Source of the DNA: Octopus sinensis
Taxonomy: Eukaryota
Assembly: GCF_006345805.1 (NCBI RefSeq)
Contig: NC_043011.1
Coordinates: 13,590,464-13,654,463, forward strand
Reading direction: 5' to 3'
Length of the DNA stretch: 64,000 nt
The first letter of the stretch is position 1, and every line of letters begins with the position of its first letter. This document shows positions 1 through 12,944 of this stretch, piece after piece. The notes under the pieces were generated by a model. That model was not told the origin of the DNA, searched no databases, and saw only the letters and a list, made by a program, of their open reading frames with translations. The translations under genes and the position numbers were made by a program.

Positions 1-641
1 TCGTCATCTATGGTTATAAATATTAGGCAATGACCGAAAGATCACCCATGTTGTCTTCTAGACACTACCTTCGTATGCAAAATAGGTCATTGCTAAAACA
101 ATGTGCAATCCCTTCCATAATAAGGACTGATTTGGAACAAACATTATATCTGATATGGAATACATTTATATATTCCAATACAAGGAACGTTGTGCAGGAC
201 AGAAAACTAAAATGTTTGGACTGGTGTGAGGATTCTTTACCCAGTTGATGTAAATATTTCATTGAAAATTAGTGAGAAAAATAAGCATTTAAGATCAACT
301 GCTCCAACCTACATATTCTTAGCCCAGATTATGCTTTTGCATTGGTGTCTATAAAATTATATATTCGACATGCATACAATATTACTAAGTATTCTATTAA
401 AGGTTTAATAAAAAAAACTAGGGAAGCCTGAGATTTTTCAACCGAAGAAAGACAACATTTAACACGCATTCTTCAAATTCAATCAATAAGTGGAACAGTG
501 AAAATACATAAGATCCTTAAAATTTGACATACAACTGTTAATTTGTTATGTAAGCGATGGATCATTGCGTTCTAGTTAAAAACCAATCCCTGTTATATGA
601 AAATACCCCAGAGAATTACAAAAAGGAAATACACAACTATA

Positions 642-1070
642 GGCGTAGGAGTGGCTGTGTGGTAAGTAGCTTGCTTACCGACCACATGGTTCAGGGTTCA
701 GTCCCACTACGTGGCACCTTGGGCAAGTGTCTTCTACTATAGCCTCGGGCCAACCAAAGCCTTGTGAGTGGATTTGGTAGACGGAAACTGAAAGAAGCCC
801 GTCGTATATATATGTATATATATATATGTATATATATTTATATGTGTGTGTGCGTATGTGTTTGTGTGTCTGTGTTTGTCCTCCCAACATCGCTCGACAA
901 CCGATGGTGGTGTGTTTGCGTCCCCGTAACTTAGCAGTTCGGCAAAAGAGACCGATAGAATAAGTACTAGGCTTCCAAAGAATAAGTCCTGGGGTCGATT
1001 TGCTCGACTAAAGGTGGTGCTCCAGCATGGTCACAGTCAAATGATAGAAACAAGTAAAAGAGTAAAGAGT
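642..1070 (+). mobile_element. tRNA-derived SINE family 1
   Basis: A-box TGGCTGTGTGG, B-box GGTTCAGTCCC, internal TA/TG microsatellite, (GTAAAAGA)n tail. Confidence 0.85.
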
Positions 1071-1608
1071 AACTAGCAAACCTGCTTTTCAGGAGCATTC
1101 TATCGATGTCTTCATTTAGAAACCATTTTCGCCATCGACCACCTGAAGAAGAAAAGTTAAGGAATACTTTGCAAAGGTAATCACCAAGAAGGCTGTCGTG
1201 CCCACTATAACTCGTCGGAAGCGAGTCTGCAACCACGTGATTCGGTATATTAATTAGAACATTTTAATTGTTGCAATTAAGGAAGAACGAAACTGACATA
1301 TTGTCGATATTTTTGCTGACTCACATGTGATGCGTCATGTTTTTCTACAAGTAGCAAACGACCACAGGATATGTTTTATGTTTTTCTTAATTAAATTATA
1401 TTATTTTTGGTAAACAAATATTTGTAGGAAATTTATTACAATACGACGATGGTAAACAGGATATGGTTATTATTATGCTCAGCATGAAATTGCATAGCTT
1501 TAAATACGCAGACAGCTTTTTTCAAAAAACGATTAACAAATATCTTAATTGACAAATCAAACAGTAATTTAATTATGTCCATTATGTTTCATGCGACAAA
1601 AGTTGCCT

Positions 1609-1715
1609 CGGTTGTTGTTGTTGTTGTTGTTGTTGTTGTTCTTCTTCTTCTTCTTCTTCTTCTTCTTCTTCTTCTTCTTCTTCTTCTTCTTCTTCTTCTT
1701 CTTCTTCTTCTTCTT

Positions 1716-1745
<30 letters not shown>
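1609..1745. repeat. (GTT)n(CTT)n compound microsatellite
   Basis: Direct reading. Confidence 0.97.
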
Positions 1746-1746
<1 letters not shown>

Positions 1747-1750
1747 ATAA

Positions 1751-1965
1751 AGCGGCAAAATGGCAGATTCTTTGCACGCCGGGCAAAATCCTGAGCGGCA
1801 TTTGGTCCGTCTTTACGTTCCGAGTTCAAATTCAGCCTAGGTTGACTTTGCCTTTCATCAAATTCGGGGGTCGATAAAAAAGAGTGCCAGTTGAGCACTG
1901 GGGTTGACGTAATCGACTTAGCCCGCCATCCCAAAATTGCTGGCCTTGTGCCAAAATTTTAAATC
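1751..1965 (+). mobile_element. SINE family 2 monomer
   Basis: A-box TGGCAGA, B-box GAGTTCAAATTC, core GACTTTGCCTTTCATC...GGGGTCGATAAA. Confidence 0.75.
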
Positions 1966-2019
1966 ATCATCACCACCACCACCATCACCATCATCTTCAT
2001 CATCATCATCGTTATTATT

Positions 2020-2236
2020 TTCATATACACACAACAGATTAGACTGTTGGAAAAGAAAAAGTCCTAACATCGGGCTACAACAAATAACCTTAGATGCCAA
2101 GATCCCTCCTAAGTATCCCAGCTGTCCCTAATAACACTGTTTTCTGGAGTTTTACGAGTCTCTTTGGAAAATTCCTCCCTTGATATCAACTTTCCCTAAG
2201 ACTGTCACCTGCGTAGAGATCTGCTTTCCATTTCTT
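2020..2236 (-). mobile_element. Internally deleted R4/Dong-like fragment in opposite orientation
   Basis: Minus strand joins an RT-like piece (GKVDIKGGIFQRDS) to the C-terminus LQKTVLLGTAGILRRDLGI*. Confidence 0.55.
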
Positions 2237-2239
2237 ACA

Positions 2240-3335
2240 TTGTGTGTAAATACGAAAGTAGCAAAAAATCACATTCTGTTGTCAATGAAGCTTGCAATTT
2301 GCAAAGGAACTTGGAATTAACCATGAAATAGATGAAGAACCCGAAACCACTGCTGCAAAACAAGCAAAACGGATCAAGCAGACTGCGAAAAAGAACGGGC
2401 AGAAAGAAATTGAGGAGAGATGGAACCAGAAACCTCTGCATGGACAGTATATACCTCGAAGTCGAAATGCTGATGTATACCGAAAAATAACCCATCAGTG
2501 GCTGAAAGCAGAGACTGAAAGTTTCATATTGGCGGCACAAGATCAAAGCTTGCTTACAAAAAACTAACAGGCTAACGTTCTTCTAAATGGTTCTGCCCCT
2601 AAATGCAGATTCTGCGACACATTTGACGAAACAATAGACCATCTCGTCTCGGGATATCCTGTGTAGACACCAAACGAATACAAATATCGTCACGATAGTA
2701 TTTACATTGGAAAATATGTAAACTATAAAATCAGAACTCCTGCCTACTGGCGTGAACATCATCCTGAGCCAGTCGTTGAAGGTAGAAATGGCAATATCTT
2801 CTGGGATTTTCCTGTGAACACTGACAGAACGATCCAGGCTAATCGACCAGACATTATTATTAAAGTCTGAGAAGAAAATACTTGTAGACTAATAGATGTA
2901 AGTGTTCCCCGAAAAAATATATCTGTAAATGAATTTGACAAATTAAGTAAATACAAAGGGCTTGGAAATTGAAATACAAAAGATGTGGCATCTTAAAGCG
3001 AGAACTGTTCCTGTTATTGTGGATGCCCTAGGTATGATAAAAAGGGATGTCAGAAGCATCTAGATAAAATCTCAGGAGAACCATGTGTCAGAGAAATCCA
3101 AAAGATTGTGCTGACAAGTACTGACCAGATCCTTAGAAGACCCTATCCATTTAAATGTCTGTGCTGTATTACATGAAGATATTTTGCTACTGCCCTGACA
3201 CTTCTCCCCAAGCTTTCGGTCATACTGCAACATCTCTTATCCTTAACTCACCCCAGGACGCTGGGCGCGTCTCGGCAAGTGATTGTGACTAACATGCAGA
3301 TTAAAAGTTAAAAAAAGTTATTATTATTATTATTA

Positions 3336-3372
<37 letters not shown>
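2240..3372 (+). mobile_element. 5'-truncated R4/Dong-clade non-LTR retrotransposon (zinc knuckle plus restriction-like endonuclease), ending in (TTA)n
   Basis: Disrupted translation: WNQKPLHGQY, FILAAQDQSL, CRFC..FDETIDHLVSG, EYKYRHD, FWDFPVNTDRTIQANRPDII, IDVSVP, VPVIVDALG, IQKIVL. Confidence 0.8.
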
Positions 3373-3373
<1 letters not shown>

Positions 3374-3929
3374 GTGAGAGAGCAGTTCATGCCATCAAAG
3401 TGACACTGGGGTAAAATATACGAAGCCCAATATACCCATCATGACTACCCGTCTGATAAGGGTACACCAGGCACATGCATTACAACCATATGTGCGCGAC
3501 ATGGTGATCTCATATCAAGATAAACAGCACATGACCTTGCAGGTGGGGCCCAGTTAGAATTTTCTTCAGGTTGAGTAGCCCATCCCGCTCAAACGGTCCC
3601 TGAATAAGGGTTGTTTAAGGATGTTGAAAGAACCACCCATGTTTCCAGAAGTGAATTATCCAAACCCCAAAGAATTCCTGTCAACACATGGCTATGATGC
3701 TCCCCCACTACTTCTGCTCGTGATCAGAGATGCACATATCGTCAGCCACTGAGGGACATGCTCAACTGGTTAAGGTCAAACAACTGACAAGCAAATCTGT
3801 GGTATTGAGCAGAATATTTGCTGTAGCCCATCTTTTATACCAAGACAAAACAATGTACATGATAACACTACCAATCAGTTAAGATCAGAAGCCATGAGAG
3901 CCACTGCCTGGTACTGCATCAGGGCATTT
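3373..3929. repeat. Unclassified ~560-bp element bounded on both sides by (TTA)n
   Basis: Sharp boundaries with (TTA)n tracts; no ORF. That it is a dispersed repeat is inferred. Confidence 0.4.
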
Positions 3930-3973
3930 ATTATTATTATTATTACTATTATTATTATTATTACTATTATTAC

Positions 3974-4045
<72 letters not shown>
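3930..4045. repeat. (TTA)n microsatellite
   Basis: Direct reading. Confidence 0.97.
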
Positions 4046-4053
<8 letters not shown>

Positions 4054-4506
4054 TGTTTGACTTTTGCTTTGTATTTGTACAAGTTGGCTCCAAGTCTCAC
4101 CCAAAGACCTCAAGAGACAACAAGTTAGAAGTTCATGCTTGTGTTATGCCTTAGGTGTCATATATTTGGTTTTGTACATAGTATTCTTCTTGAGAATGGT
4201 TAAGAAAAGATAAGAAAATAATGAGTGCTCTTTATGTTGTTGTTATTGTTGTTATTATTATTATTGTTGTTGTTGTTGTTACTTCTACTTTTGATATGTA
4301 AAACTACATGTATTTTAATGCCATAATCACATAGTCCTTCGTATTCAGATTCTCCTCAGAGTGTTGGTTTTTGATTGATCTTTATCTCTCATTCTCTCCC
4401 CCTTTCTCTCTTTCTATTTCTCTCTTTGTTTGTCTCTCCCCCATCCCTTCAGATAGAACTGAGGTTTGATTCTGGCCAGTATTGCGACCGTGTAACAAGA
4501 TCTTTA

Positions 4507-4552
<46 letters not shown>

Positions 4553-4993
4553 CTGAAAGATAAATGTTCAAATTGTTAAGATTTCTCTTCTACTCGTGAT
4601 TCTTGACTAGAAATAACGAACCAAAGTTTTCGTTAGATTCGTCGACCCAGCGGAGTAGCTTTTGATTGAGGAGATACACGACGAGGTCGACACACAGTGA
4701 TGTCTTCAAGTACCCTTACACCATGGAATCGCGGGTGTTATGAACGCACATTGTCCAAAGAGGAGAGTAGCTCTCCGAGGACGAAAAACAACAGCGACCA
4801 GATATCCACGTTTGAATCTACCCAACCTATAAACAATGAATAGATACACAATATAGCATTTAATTAATATTTGCTGATTATCAGCATCCTACGATTTCCT
4901 CTGACTAATTGACATGTACTGATTTTCACTTACACACAGACACACAGACACAGACACACACATACATGCGTTTATATAAATATGTGTGTGTAT

Positions 4994-5038
<45 letters not shown>

Positions 5039-5534
5039 ATATATATGTGTGTGTGAGTGTGTGTATGCGTGTATGTGTGTGTGTGAGAGAGAATGTGCAG
5101 ATGTATATTTACATACATATATACACATTCACCCACTCATATGGCTCTGCGTCTATAGCGTATATTTACAAGTTATATATTATTTGACAGCTTCAGGATG
5201 TGTCTCCAAGCATCAACAGTACTCGAGATAATATATTCAAATATATTCAAAGAGGAAGATTTTTAGATTAATTATCGCCCTCAATGTTCTATGTGCAAAT
5301 CTCACCAAAGTGGACTTTGTTTCCATCCATCCGGAGTCGATAATATAAAGTACCAGTCAAGTACTGAGTTTGATTTCATCGACTAAAGCCTTCCTTAAAA
5401 TTGTGGCCTCATGCCTATGTTAGAAAAAGGGGGATCTTTTCGGTCTGAACGGCAGTTTTTTCAAGTACTGAGTTTGATTTCATCGACTAAAGCCTTCCTT
5501 AAAATTGTGGCCTCGTGCCTATGTTAGAAAACGG

Positions 5535-5957
5535 GGATCTTTTCGGTCTGAACGGCAGTTTTTTCTAGCGGTGTCATATGAAATTGTCATCCATTATTAT
5601 GACCCTAGTATCAATCTATTGCATTTCAATCTGTTTTAGGGTTAGGGTTAGGGTTAGGGGTGGGGGAAGGGTATCTTTCTTTCTTCACAAATGTAAATAA
5701 ACCCAATCTGTTTCTTAAACGAGGGACATATTCATACGGCACAGAATGTTTTTTTTACCTCAATGGACGTCAGTGATTGGTTGAAATTGCAGAAATTGAA
5801 GAAAAAAACAACAAATATCTTACAAACTATAGAATTTTCTCAAGAAAGCCAAGAGAAAAAGATGTTTTATAAACACATTCTATCAGTATACGAAGTTTAA
5901 ACTTTTTTAGTTACCTAAAAATTATGTTAAAAACTGCCGTTCAAACCGAAAAGATCC
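5535..5957 (+). mobile_element. ~420-bp MITE (TIR GGATCTTTTCGGTTTGAACGGCAGTTTTT) with internal (TTAGGG)4
   Basis: TIRs at both ends; perfect 8-bp TSD GAAAACGG. Confidence 0.9.
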
Positions 5958-6669
5958 GAAAACGGCATTATATGCTTTCCACTAACAATAATCACAGCAA
6001 TTCTAACTCAAGGATAACTACAATAAGTTCAAACGGTCCTTCGTATCCCTCGGTTTACTGGGGCCTGGAAACTCTATGGCCACTGAACCTTCAGCTTATA
6101 TAATCTAATAAAAGATCCACGTGTTTACCATGTTCAACGTAGGTATCATTGTAGCATTCCTTAACTTTCAGCCAATCTTAGTATATAGTGAAGCGGAGAG
6201 TTCACAGAAAAGTTAGATTTAGTTTAATTGTTGTGAGGAATGGTGACTTTAATGTTTCAAGCCCTTACACTTCATCTGAGAGTGAGGAGGCGACAGAAGT
6301 AGCTGTGCTACATCTTTCGCTGCTAATGAATGAAGGTCTTGTAAGGGAAGAATAGTGACGTCGGGAATATGGGAGAAGCTCAGAGAAAAAGGAGAGAGGA
6401 AAAGAGTGAAAGTGATGTGGGGGTGGAGTCGTATGAGAGATTCAGGAGTCAAGTGAGGGTGAATGAAAGAAAAGGGAAGGTGGAATTGTAGAGTTTCGGT
6501 AGAAAGGGCGGAGCTCGCGTAAAGATGAAAGGATAAAACTGGGTGAAGGAATTGGAGTCAAAGACACACCGCACCGAGGAATCTATTTGAGTAAAAAGGT
6601 TCCAATAATAATTATTTTACTAGTAAACACGCGCTAAATAGCTTTATATACTGGCATACACTTTGATAT

Positions 6670-6741
<72 letters not shown>

Positions 6742-7181
6742 TATATATTTGTATATTTTGTTTCTCTCCTTGTTTTCTGTGTCCATGTCTGTAGAAGAGC
6801 GTAGGCTCGAAACGTAAAAGACTTTTTCTATTCCTGAGCGTTATACTAATACATCTGTTTGTTTTGTACACCACCTGTCTTCGTCTTTTGTTGTTTTTTT
6901 GGTAAACTCTCCGTATATATATATATGCATATATACATACATATAGGTACATACCTACATATATATGATATGTATGCATATATACATACATATATGTACA
7001 TACCTACATATATATGTATATATACATGTGCCTATATGGGTACAGGACATCCCAAAAAACGTTGAACACAATGAGAAACGAAAACATAAAAACAAAAACA
7101 GAGAAACGAGACATACAACATAAACAATATTCCCCTTCTTCAGTTGTCCCTGTTTCATCAACTCCACGTTTCGAAGGCAAG

Positions 7182-7261
<80 letters not shown>

Positions 7262-7708
7262 CTATATTAAATCTCTGACCGAGATATAAACAGTAGCAGT
7301 GCGGAATCGTAACAAATAATTGCCAACCAAATGTGGCATCCCATACAGCACAGAGCTACTGACGTTTATAGCCCCAGGAAAACATCTCTTCCAGCTGGCT
7401 AACGACGTACATTCTGTGTCCGATTAGTATTTGAGAGGGGAGGTCATCGCTCCAATGTATAGCCTTACGTGATACACACGGACTCGAGTTTCTGGGTGGT
7501 TGCCCGTCCTCAGCATGTGTTAATCACCAGTTAGTGATGAAAGCTCACTCCACTCGCAAAATACTATATGCTGGAAAAGGCAAAAGTATTTTGAGTGGAG
7601 TGAGTGTTTTCAATATTACACGCACACTCACACACACACACACATACACACACACATACACACACACACGCGCGCGCGCGCGCGCGCGCACACACACACA
7701 TATAAAAT

Positions 7709-8135
7709 TGATCTTTTCGGTTTGAACGGCAGTTTTTTCTAGCGGTGTCATATGAAATTGTCACCCATAATTATGACCCTAGTATCGATCTATTACATTT
7801 CAATCTCTTTTAGAGTTAGGGTTAGGGTTAGGGTTAGGGGTAGGGGGAAGGGTATCTTTTTTCTTCACAAATGTAAATAAACCCAATCTGTTTTTTAAAC
7901 GAGGGACATATTCATACGGCACAGAATGTTTTCACCTCAATAGACGTCACTGATTGGTTGAAATTGCAGAAATTGAAGAAAAAAAAAACAAATATCTTAC
8001 AAACTATAGAAGTTTCTCAATAAAGCCAAGAGAAAAAGATGTTTTTATAAACACATTCTACCAGTATACGAAGTTTAAAATTTTTTAGTTACCTAGAAAT
8101 TATGTTAAAAACTGCCGTTCAAACCGAAAAGATCC
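7709..8135 (+). mobile_element. TTAGGG MITE copy
   Basis: Same TIRs and body; no clear TSD. Confidence 0.88.
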
Positions 8136-8502
8136 GATAGAGTCAAGAAGAAGGAGTACGGTTGAACAGTTATTTTTTTAATCACTACAAATGTCTCCAT
8201 ACAACAATAGTTCTTCATATATACAGGTATTTGATTATGCGAACGATTACCTTATAAGGAAATCCAATTCTATTCCTTCAAGTGATACTTTTGTTTCTTG
8301 TGTTATTATGAGTATTCATTATGAAAGTCCAGATTGGTATTCTTTGGAGTTTACTCTACGGATTATCTTCAACAGTAACTTAGCAGTTCAGCAAAAGACT
8401 GATAGAATAAGTAGCAGGCTTTAAAAAATTAGTCCTGGGGTTGATTCCATTCGACTAAAGATTCTTCAAGGTGGTGTCCCATCATGGCCAGAATCTAATG
8501 AT

Positions 8503-9205
8503 AGCCACCCAGTCAACGGCGATACCCTCAACTGTATTAATAGCATTTACAGTATTCTGTGCATTCGTGGTGTCATCCAGAGGCACTATCTGCTTTCTTT
8601 GGTAAGATCTCTCTCGATCTGGGAGATGGTACGTCTGCTGCTTTCAACCCAATAAACATAGTCCTCTCTTGGCTGTGGCTGCAACAATCTAAGGAATGGC
8701 AAGTAGCGCACGAATACTGGTGCTGTTTCCATCAAGAGGCATTCCACGAACTTCATTGTTTATGCTGTACATGAGGAATACGCAGATTTCAGTATATTTG
8801 TTGTCCTTTAACTGGTAACCAGCAGAAAAGATACATCATTGAATGGTCTCATTACGAGGAAGACATAATTGGAGACAGCAACCGTTTTTGACACTGCAGG
8901 CATTACTACAATTAAGTTCAGCTTCAACGAGGGAGAAAATATTTGGTTTATTTCTCCTGGTAATCCGGACGGTTCCGTTGCTGAGAAACAGGCTGCTGAT
9001 CTGGTTGTTTGCTGTAAAGTAGATGAGGTCACCATAAACTGTGGGAACATTGAATGGTAGCAGTTCCTGTTTGATGGCGATCCGTGACACATTCGAACCA
9101 TCCAAGTTGGCTGACATCAACGAAGAGTTAGTCGTATAATAAATCTTCTCCGGTTTCTGGTCGATTGTGTAAGATATGTGTTCCACTTGAATAATCTTTG
9201 TAATC
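8503..9205 (-). pseudogene. LRP1: Degraded LRP1-like fragment (YWTD propeller end, EGF repeat, next YWTD start)
   Basis: Minus-strand translation gives NACSVKNGCCLQLCLP...Q*CIFSAGYQL, FLMYSINNEVRGMPLD, EDYVYWVESSRRTISQIERDLT and VEGIAVDWVA, which resemble LRP1 FLLYSVHEGIRGIPLD...IYWVD...VEGIAVDWIA. Contains in-frame stops and frameshifts. Confidence 0.7.
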
Positions 9206-9313
9206 TTCTGGCTGCCCCCACACGATGAGTACCTAAACCTAGACTCGGATATTTGCTAATTCTAAGGGTGAGCGAGTTCTGTATTGTACTCTACGTCCCT
9301 AACAGAATATACC

Positions 9314-9390
<77 letters not shown>

Positions 9391-9454
9391 TGTACCTTTT
9401 AATCTTTTACTTGTTTCAGTCATTACTGTATATATATATATATATTATATATAT

Positions 9455-9489
<35 letters not shown>

Positions 9490-9539
9490 TATAATAATAA
9501 TAATATAATAATAATAATAATAATAATAAAATAATAATA

Positions 9540-10054
9540 TTAGGGAGTAAATCCAATTTACAGGGAAAAAATTAGATTTAAGATTAAATCAAATTTCACA
9601 GTATAAATATAAATTAAATTAGAGATAAAACCACTATTAGGCAAATCAAACAGTGAAAAACATAAACCAAAACATAAAAATAAATATAATTAATATAATA
9701 TACAAAATATATAAAATATAAAATTTAAGATATAAATTATTTAAATTTAAAATGTTTAATTTATATTTATAAATTTTTATATTTTTTTAATATTTTTAAA
9801 ATTTAAAATTTATAAATTTTTAAACTTTTAAACTTTTAATTTTTTTAAATATATATAACTATCAAAAAGTATTAAAAAGTTTAATATAAGATAATAAGTA
9901 ATACCACTTATTATCTTATATTGAGCTTTTTAATACTTTTTGATAGTTATATATATTAAAAAATATATATATTAATATATATATATATATAGTTTTTGTA
10001 TCGTCTTCGTTTTGCGTTCTTGTCCCAGTTGTATTTTTTTACATATACATATGT

Positions 10055-10112
<58 letters not shown>

Positions 10113-10359
10113 AAAATTTTAAGTTTAAAAGTTTAAAAATTTATAAATTTAAAATCGAAAAAATATTTAAAAAATATAAAAAATTATAAATATAAATTAA
10201 AAATTTTAAATTTAAATAATCTAAATTTTAAATTTAAATAATTTAAATTTTAAATTTTATATTTTATATATTTTGTATATTATATTATATTTATTTTTAT
10301 GTATTGGTTTATGTTTTTCATTGTTTGATTTGCCTAATAGTGGTTTTATCTCTAATTTA

Positions 10360-10370
<11 letters not shown>
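9540..10370. repeat. Nested AT-rich inverted repeats
   Basis: ~9605-9850 is inverted against ~10105-10365; inner hairpin ~9850-9955 with loop AATACC. Confidence 0.75.
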
Positions 10371-10408
<38 letters not shown>

Positions 10409-10431
10409 ATATATATATGCACACACACACA

Positions 10432-10462
<31 letters not shown>

Positions 10463-10859
10463 CACATCTATGTATGTATGTATGTATGTATGTATGTATG
10501 TATGTATGTATGTATGGTCAACAGATGAGATCCAGAGATTTTCGGCACAGAAAACACTTAGTAGCACTCAAATGATTCAAACGTAGACTGCGATGTCTTT
10601 ACTAGGAACCAATTCCGCGGAGTAAAGAGCACAGCCATTGTTTTTCTCTTCGCTGCGTGACAGAATGGAAAAGCCTATAAAAAATACGCATATATGACTT
10701 ACTGTCTTGACTGTGGTAATTATTATACTATCCTTTTAATAATTACAGCCACAAGCACACCTTACTAATCAACTGTTAATACAGAGTGATGTCTATAGTT
10801 TACAGTTGCTATTCATTTTGTGCTGTTGCAATGTATTGGCTGAATCGTTAGGGTAACTG

Positions 10860-11030
10860 ATAAAAGGCTCTGCGGTATTTAACGGTGACTCTCTACGCCC
10901 TGCGTTCAAATGCCGCCGATCGTTCACTTTCATCCATTTGAAGTCGATAAAATAAAGAACCAGTCAGATACTGGGACTATTTCATTGATTAAAGCTCTCC
11001 TTCCAAATTTCTGGCATTATGCCTATAGGG
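10860..11030 (+). mobile_element. SINE family 2 monomer, degenerate
   Basis: CGTTCAAATGCCGCCGA...TTTCATCCATTTGAAGTCGATAAAATAA. Confidence 0.6.
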
Positions 11031-11419
11031 GAAAAACGTTTAATTATCCTTTATTGTGATAAGTGTTAATCTCAATAAATTTTCATTACCTGTATTTTCA
11101 TTTGATCATGGATCTACCGGATGCATTCCTATTCTACTTTGATCCTTATACACTAATATCCGCAATTGGGGATTTTCCATAGCTTTTGCATTTCTCTGAC
11201 CTCTTCCTCTCTGATGACGGGTTACTCAACCTATGGGATGATCCACACACTTGGCTATTCTAGAAATAGCTGTAAGAGTCTCTGTATATTTATATTCTCT
11301 ATCTAAATTAAATATCTTCTTCAAGTAATGCCAAACAGTTTGCTTTTTCAATTTTACTTTTATCTTTTATCTGAATAAATTTATATATTTTCATGGACAT
11401 TACTATTATTTCAATTTGT

Positions 11420-11437
11420 ATTTTTTTTTCTTCACAG
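11420..11437 (+). promoter_or_regulatory. Probable splice acceptor upstream of the Kv start codon (implies an upstream non-coding exon)
   Basis: T9CTTCACAG polypyrimidine tract plus CAG, 267 nt upstream of ATG 11705. Confidence 0.55.
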
Positions 11438-11704
11438 ATATATTCAGCCGTTGTTCAAAGAAATACACCCATATCGTTCATATTACCGATGTAGAGAAGT
11501 CTGATGAAAACTGTTTTGCAACTACATTTAATATTGCAAGCATTCTTTTTTGAAGAATGTCTCTAAATATTGATTTTTCATTTTGAAGAAAGAAAATTCT
11601 CAGAGCAGGAAACGATAGCCTTGCCAGTTCTAAATTTGCTTCCCACAACCTTATTTATTCATCGCCAATCTCAACACTTGGCTAAAAATATATAAAATAA
11701 AGCC

Positions 11705-12271
11705 ATGACCAAAAACAAAGTATTGAACGCTCATGTCCTTGCTGCTCTAGCCCCGGGGGCTAAAGTAAATTTCAAGACATTAGAAATTGCTGTTGCACCG
11801 GATCCGAACGCTGGAACACTTCTGTTAAACGTGGGAGGACAAATATTTGAGACATATCGTTCGACCCTCAACAAACACAATAATACAAATCTCTCTAATG
11901 AAATGTTTCTTCAGAAATTTTACCGAGAACGTCACAAAGACTATTTCTTTGATCGTGATCCTGTTTGTTTTCGCTCGATTTTGGAATACTTACGAACCGG
12001 TCAACTGCATCTACCGTCTAATGTATGTGGACCAGCATTGAAAAAGGAACTGGACTTCTGGGGAATCAGCGAAAATTTAATCGAAGGTTGCTGCTGGAAC
12101 ATATACGATTCTTGGAATAGTACGTATGAGTCGTTGCTGAGGTTCGACCGAGACCGAAAGGCGATGTTTGCAACAGATGAATTGGATATATCCCAAATGA
12201 CATCTTTACAACGTTTTAAAAACACTTTGTGGAATATTCTAAGCAACCACAACTATTCTTTTCTCTCAAAG
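11705..12271 (+). CDS. Shaw: Shaw/Kv3-family voltage-gated K+ channel, first coding exon (T1/BTB domain)
   Basis: LNVGGQIFETYRSTL...YFFDRDPVCFRSILEYLRTGQLHLPSNVCGPALKKELDFWGI...IEGCCW is a Shaw-type T1 domain. Phase-0 donor AAG|GTTTGT at 12271/12272 after 189 codons. Confidence 0.92.
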
Positions 12272-12944
12272 GTTTGTATGAAATTTTTCTCTCTACTCCT
12301 TTTTATTAACATCCATTTTATCTTCCATAGCTTCAGTTACCGTGCTTATAATATCGAAATAGAAATTGGATACGCCTATACGTTAGTTAAATTCAATCTG
12401 AAACCTCCGTTCTTTTCCTTGGGCAAAAATGTTTACTTCTGAGCTGTTCCTGGCTGCGGTGACTAACTCAGTCGATTAACAATAAGAACGTTTGGATAGA
12501 AATAGAAAAATCATTTGACGCTATTTGTCAAAATATACGAGACTCATAATTGCTGAAATATTACGATGAAACGATGAAATCATATGATTTCTTCCTTTTA
12601 CGTTCTCAATATGGAATCAGATCGAGGCATCAACTGAATATAATCGTCATCAGATCGCCCCCTATCTAAACTGAAACGTCAACGTTTCCAAAAATTTCGA
12701 TTTGTCTGTTACCGAAAAATAAAATGAGATATTTGGTATATGTCGTAGTAATTCCACCAAATATATATCAAGCAAACATTTGCTTCATATCCAGATTACA
12801 CTAACAATCCATTAAAGGTTCACTTGAAATTATCAAGTTAATAATCTGGTCGTAAGATTTTAAAACAGAGATTAGCTTTGACAATAAAACTTGTTTAGAA
12901 ATGCTGTTACTTTACTTAAGTATAAATGTTAATGAAATATTGGT

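Noticed and set aside
4340-4860. Possible LTR fragment (TGTTACAC on the minus strand near 4495)
   Set aside because: No partner LTR, PBS, PPT or TSD found.
5636-5659. Telomere or chromosome-fusion scar
   Set aside because: TTAGGG tracts are short and always at the same position inside the MITE.
12272-12442. C-terminal 56 aa of the 245-aa ORF as part of the channel
   Set aside because: Intron read-through; a phase-0 donor joins cleanly to S1 at 30992.
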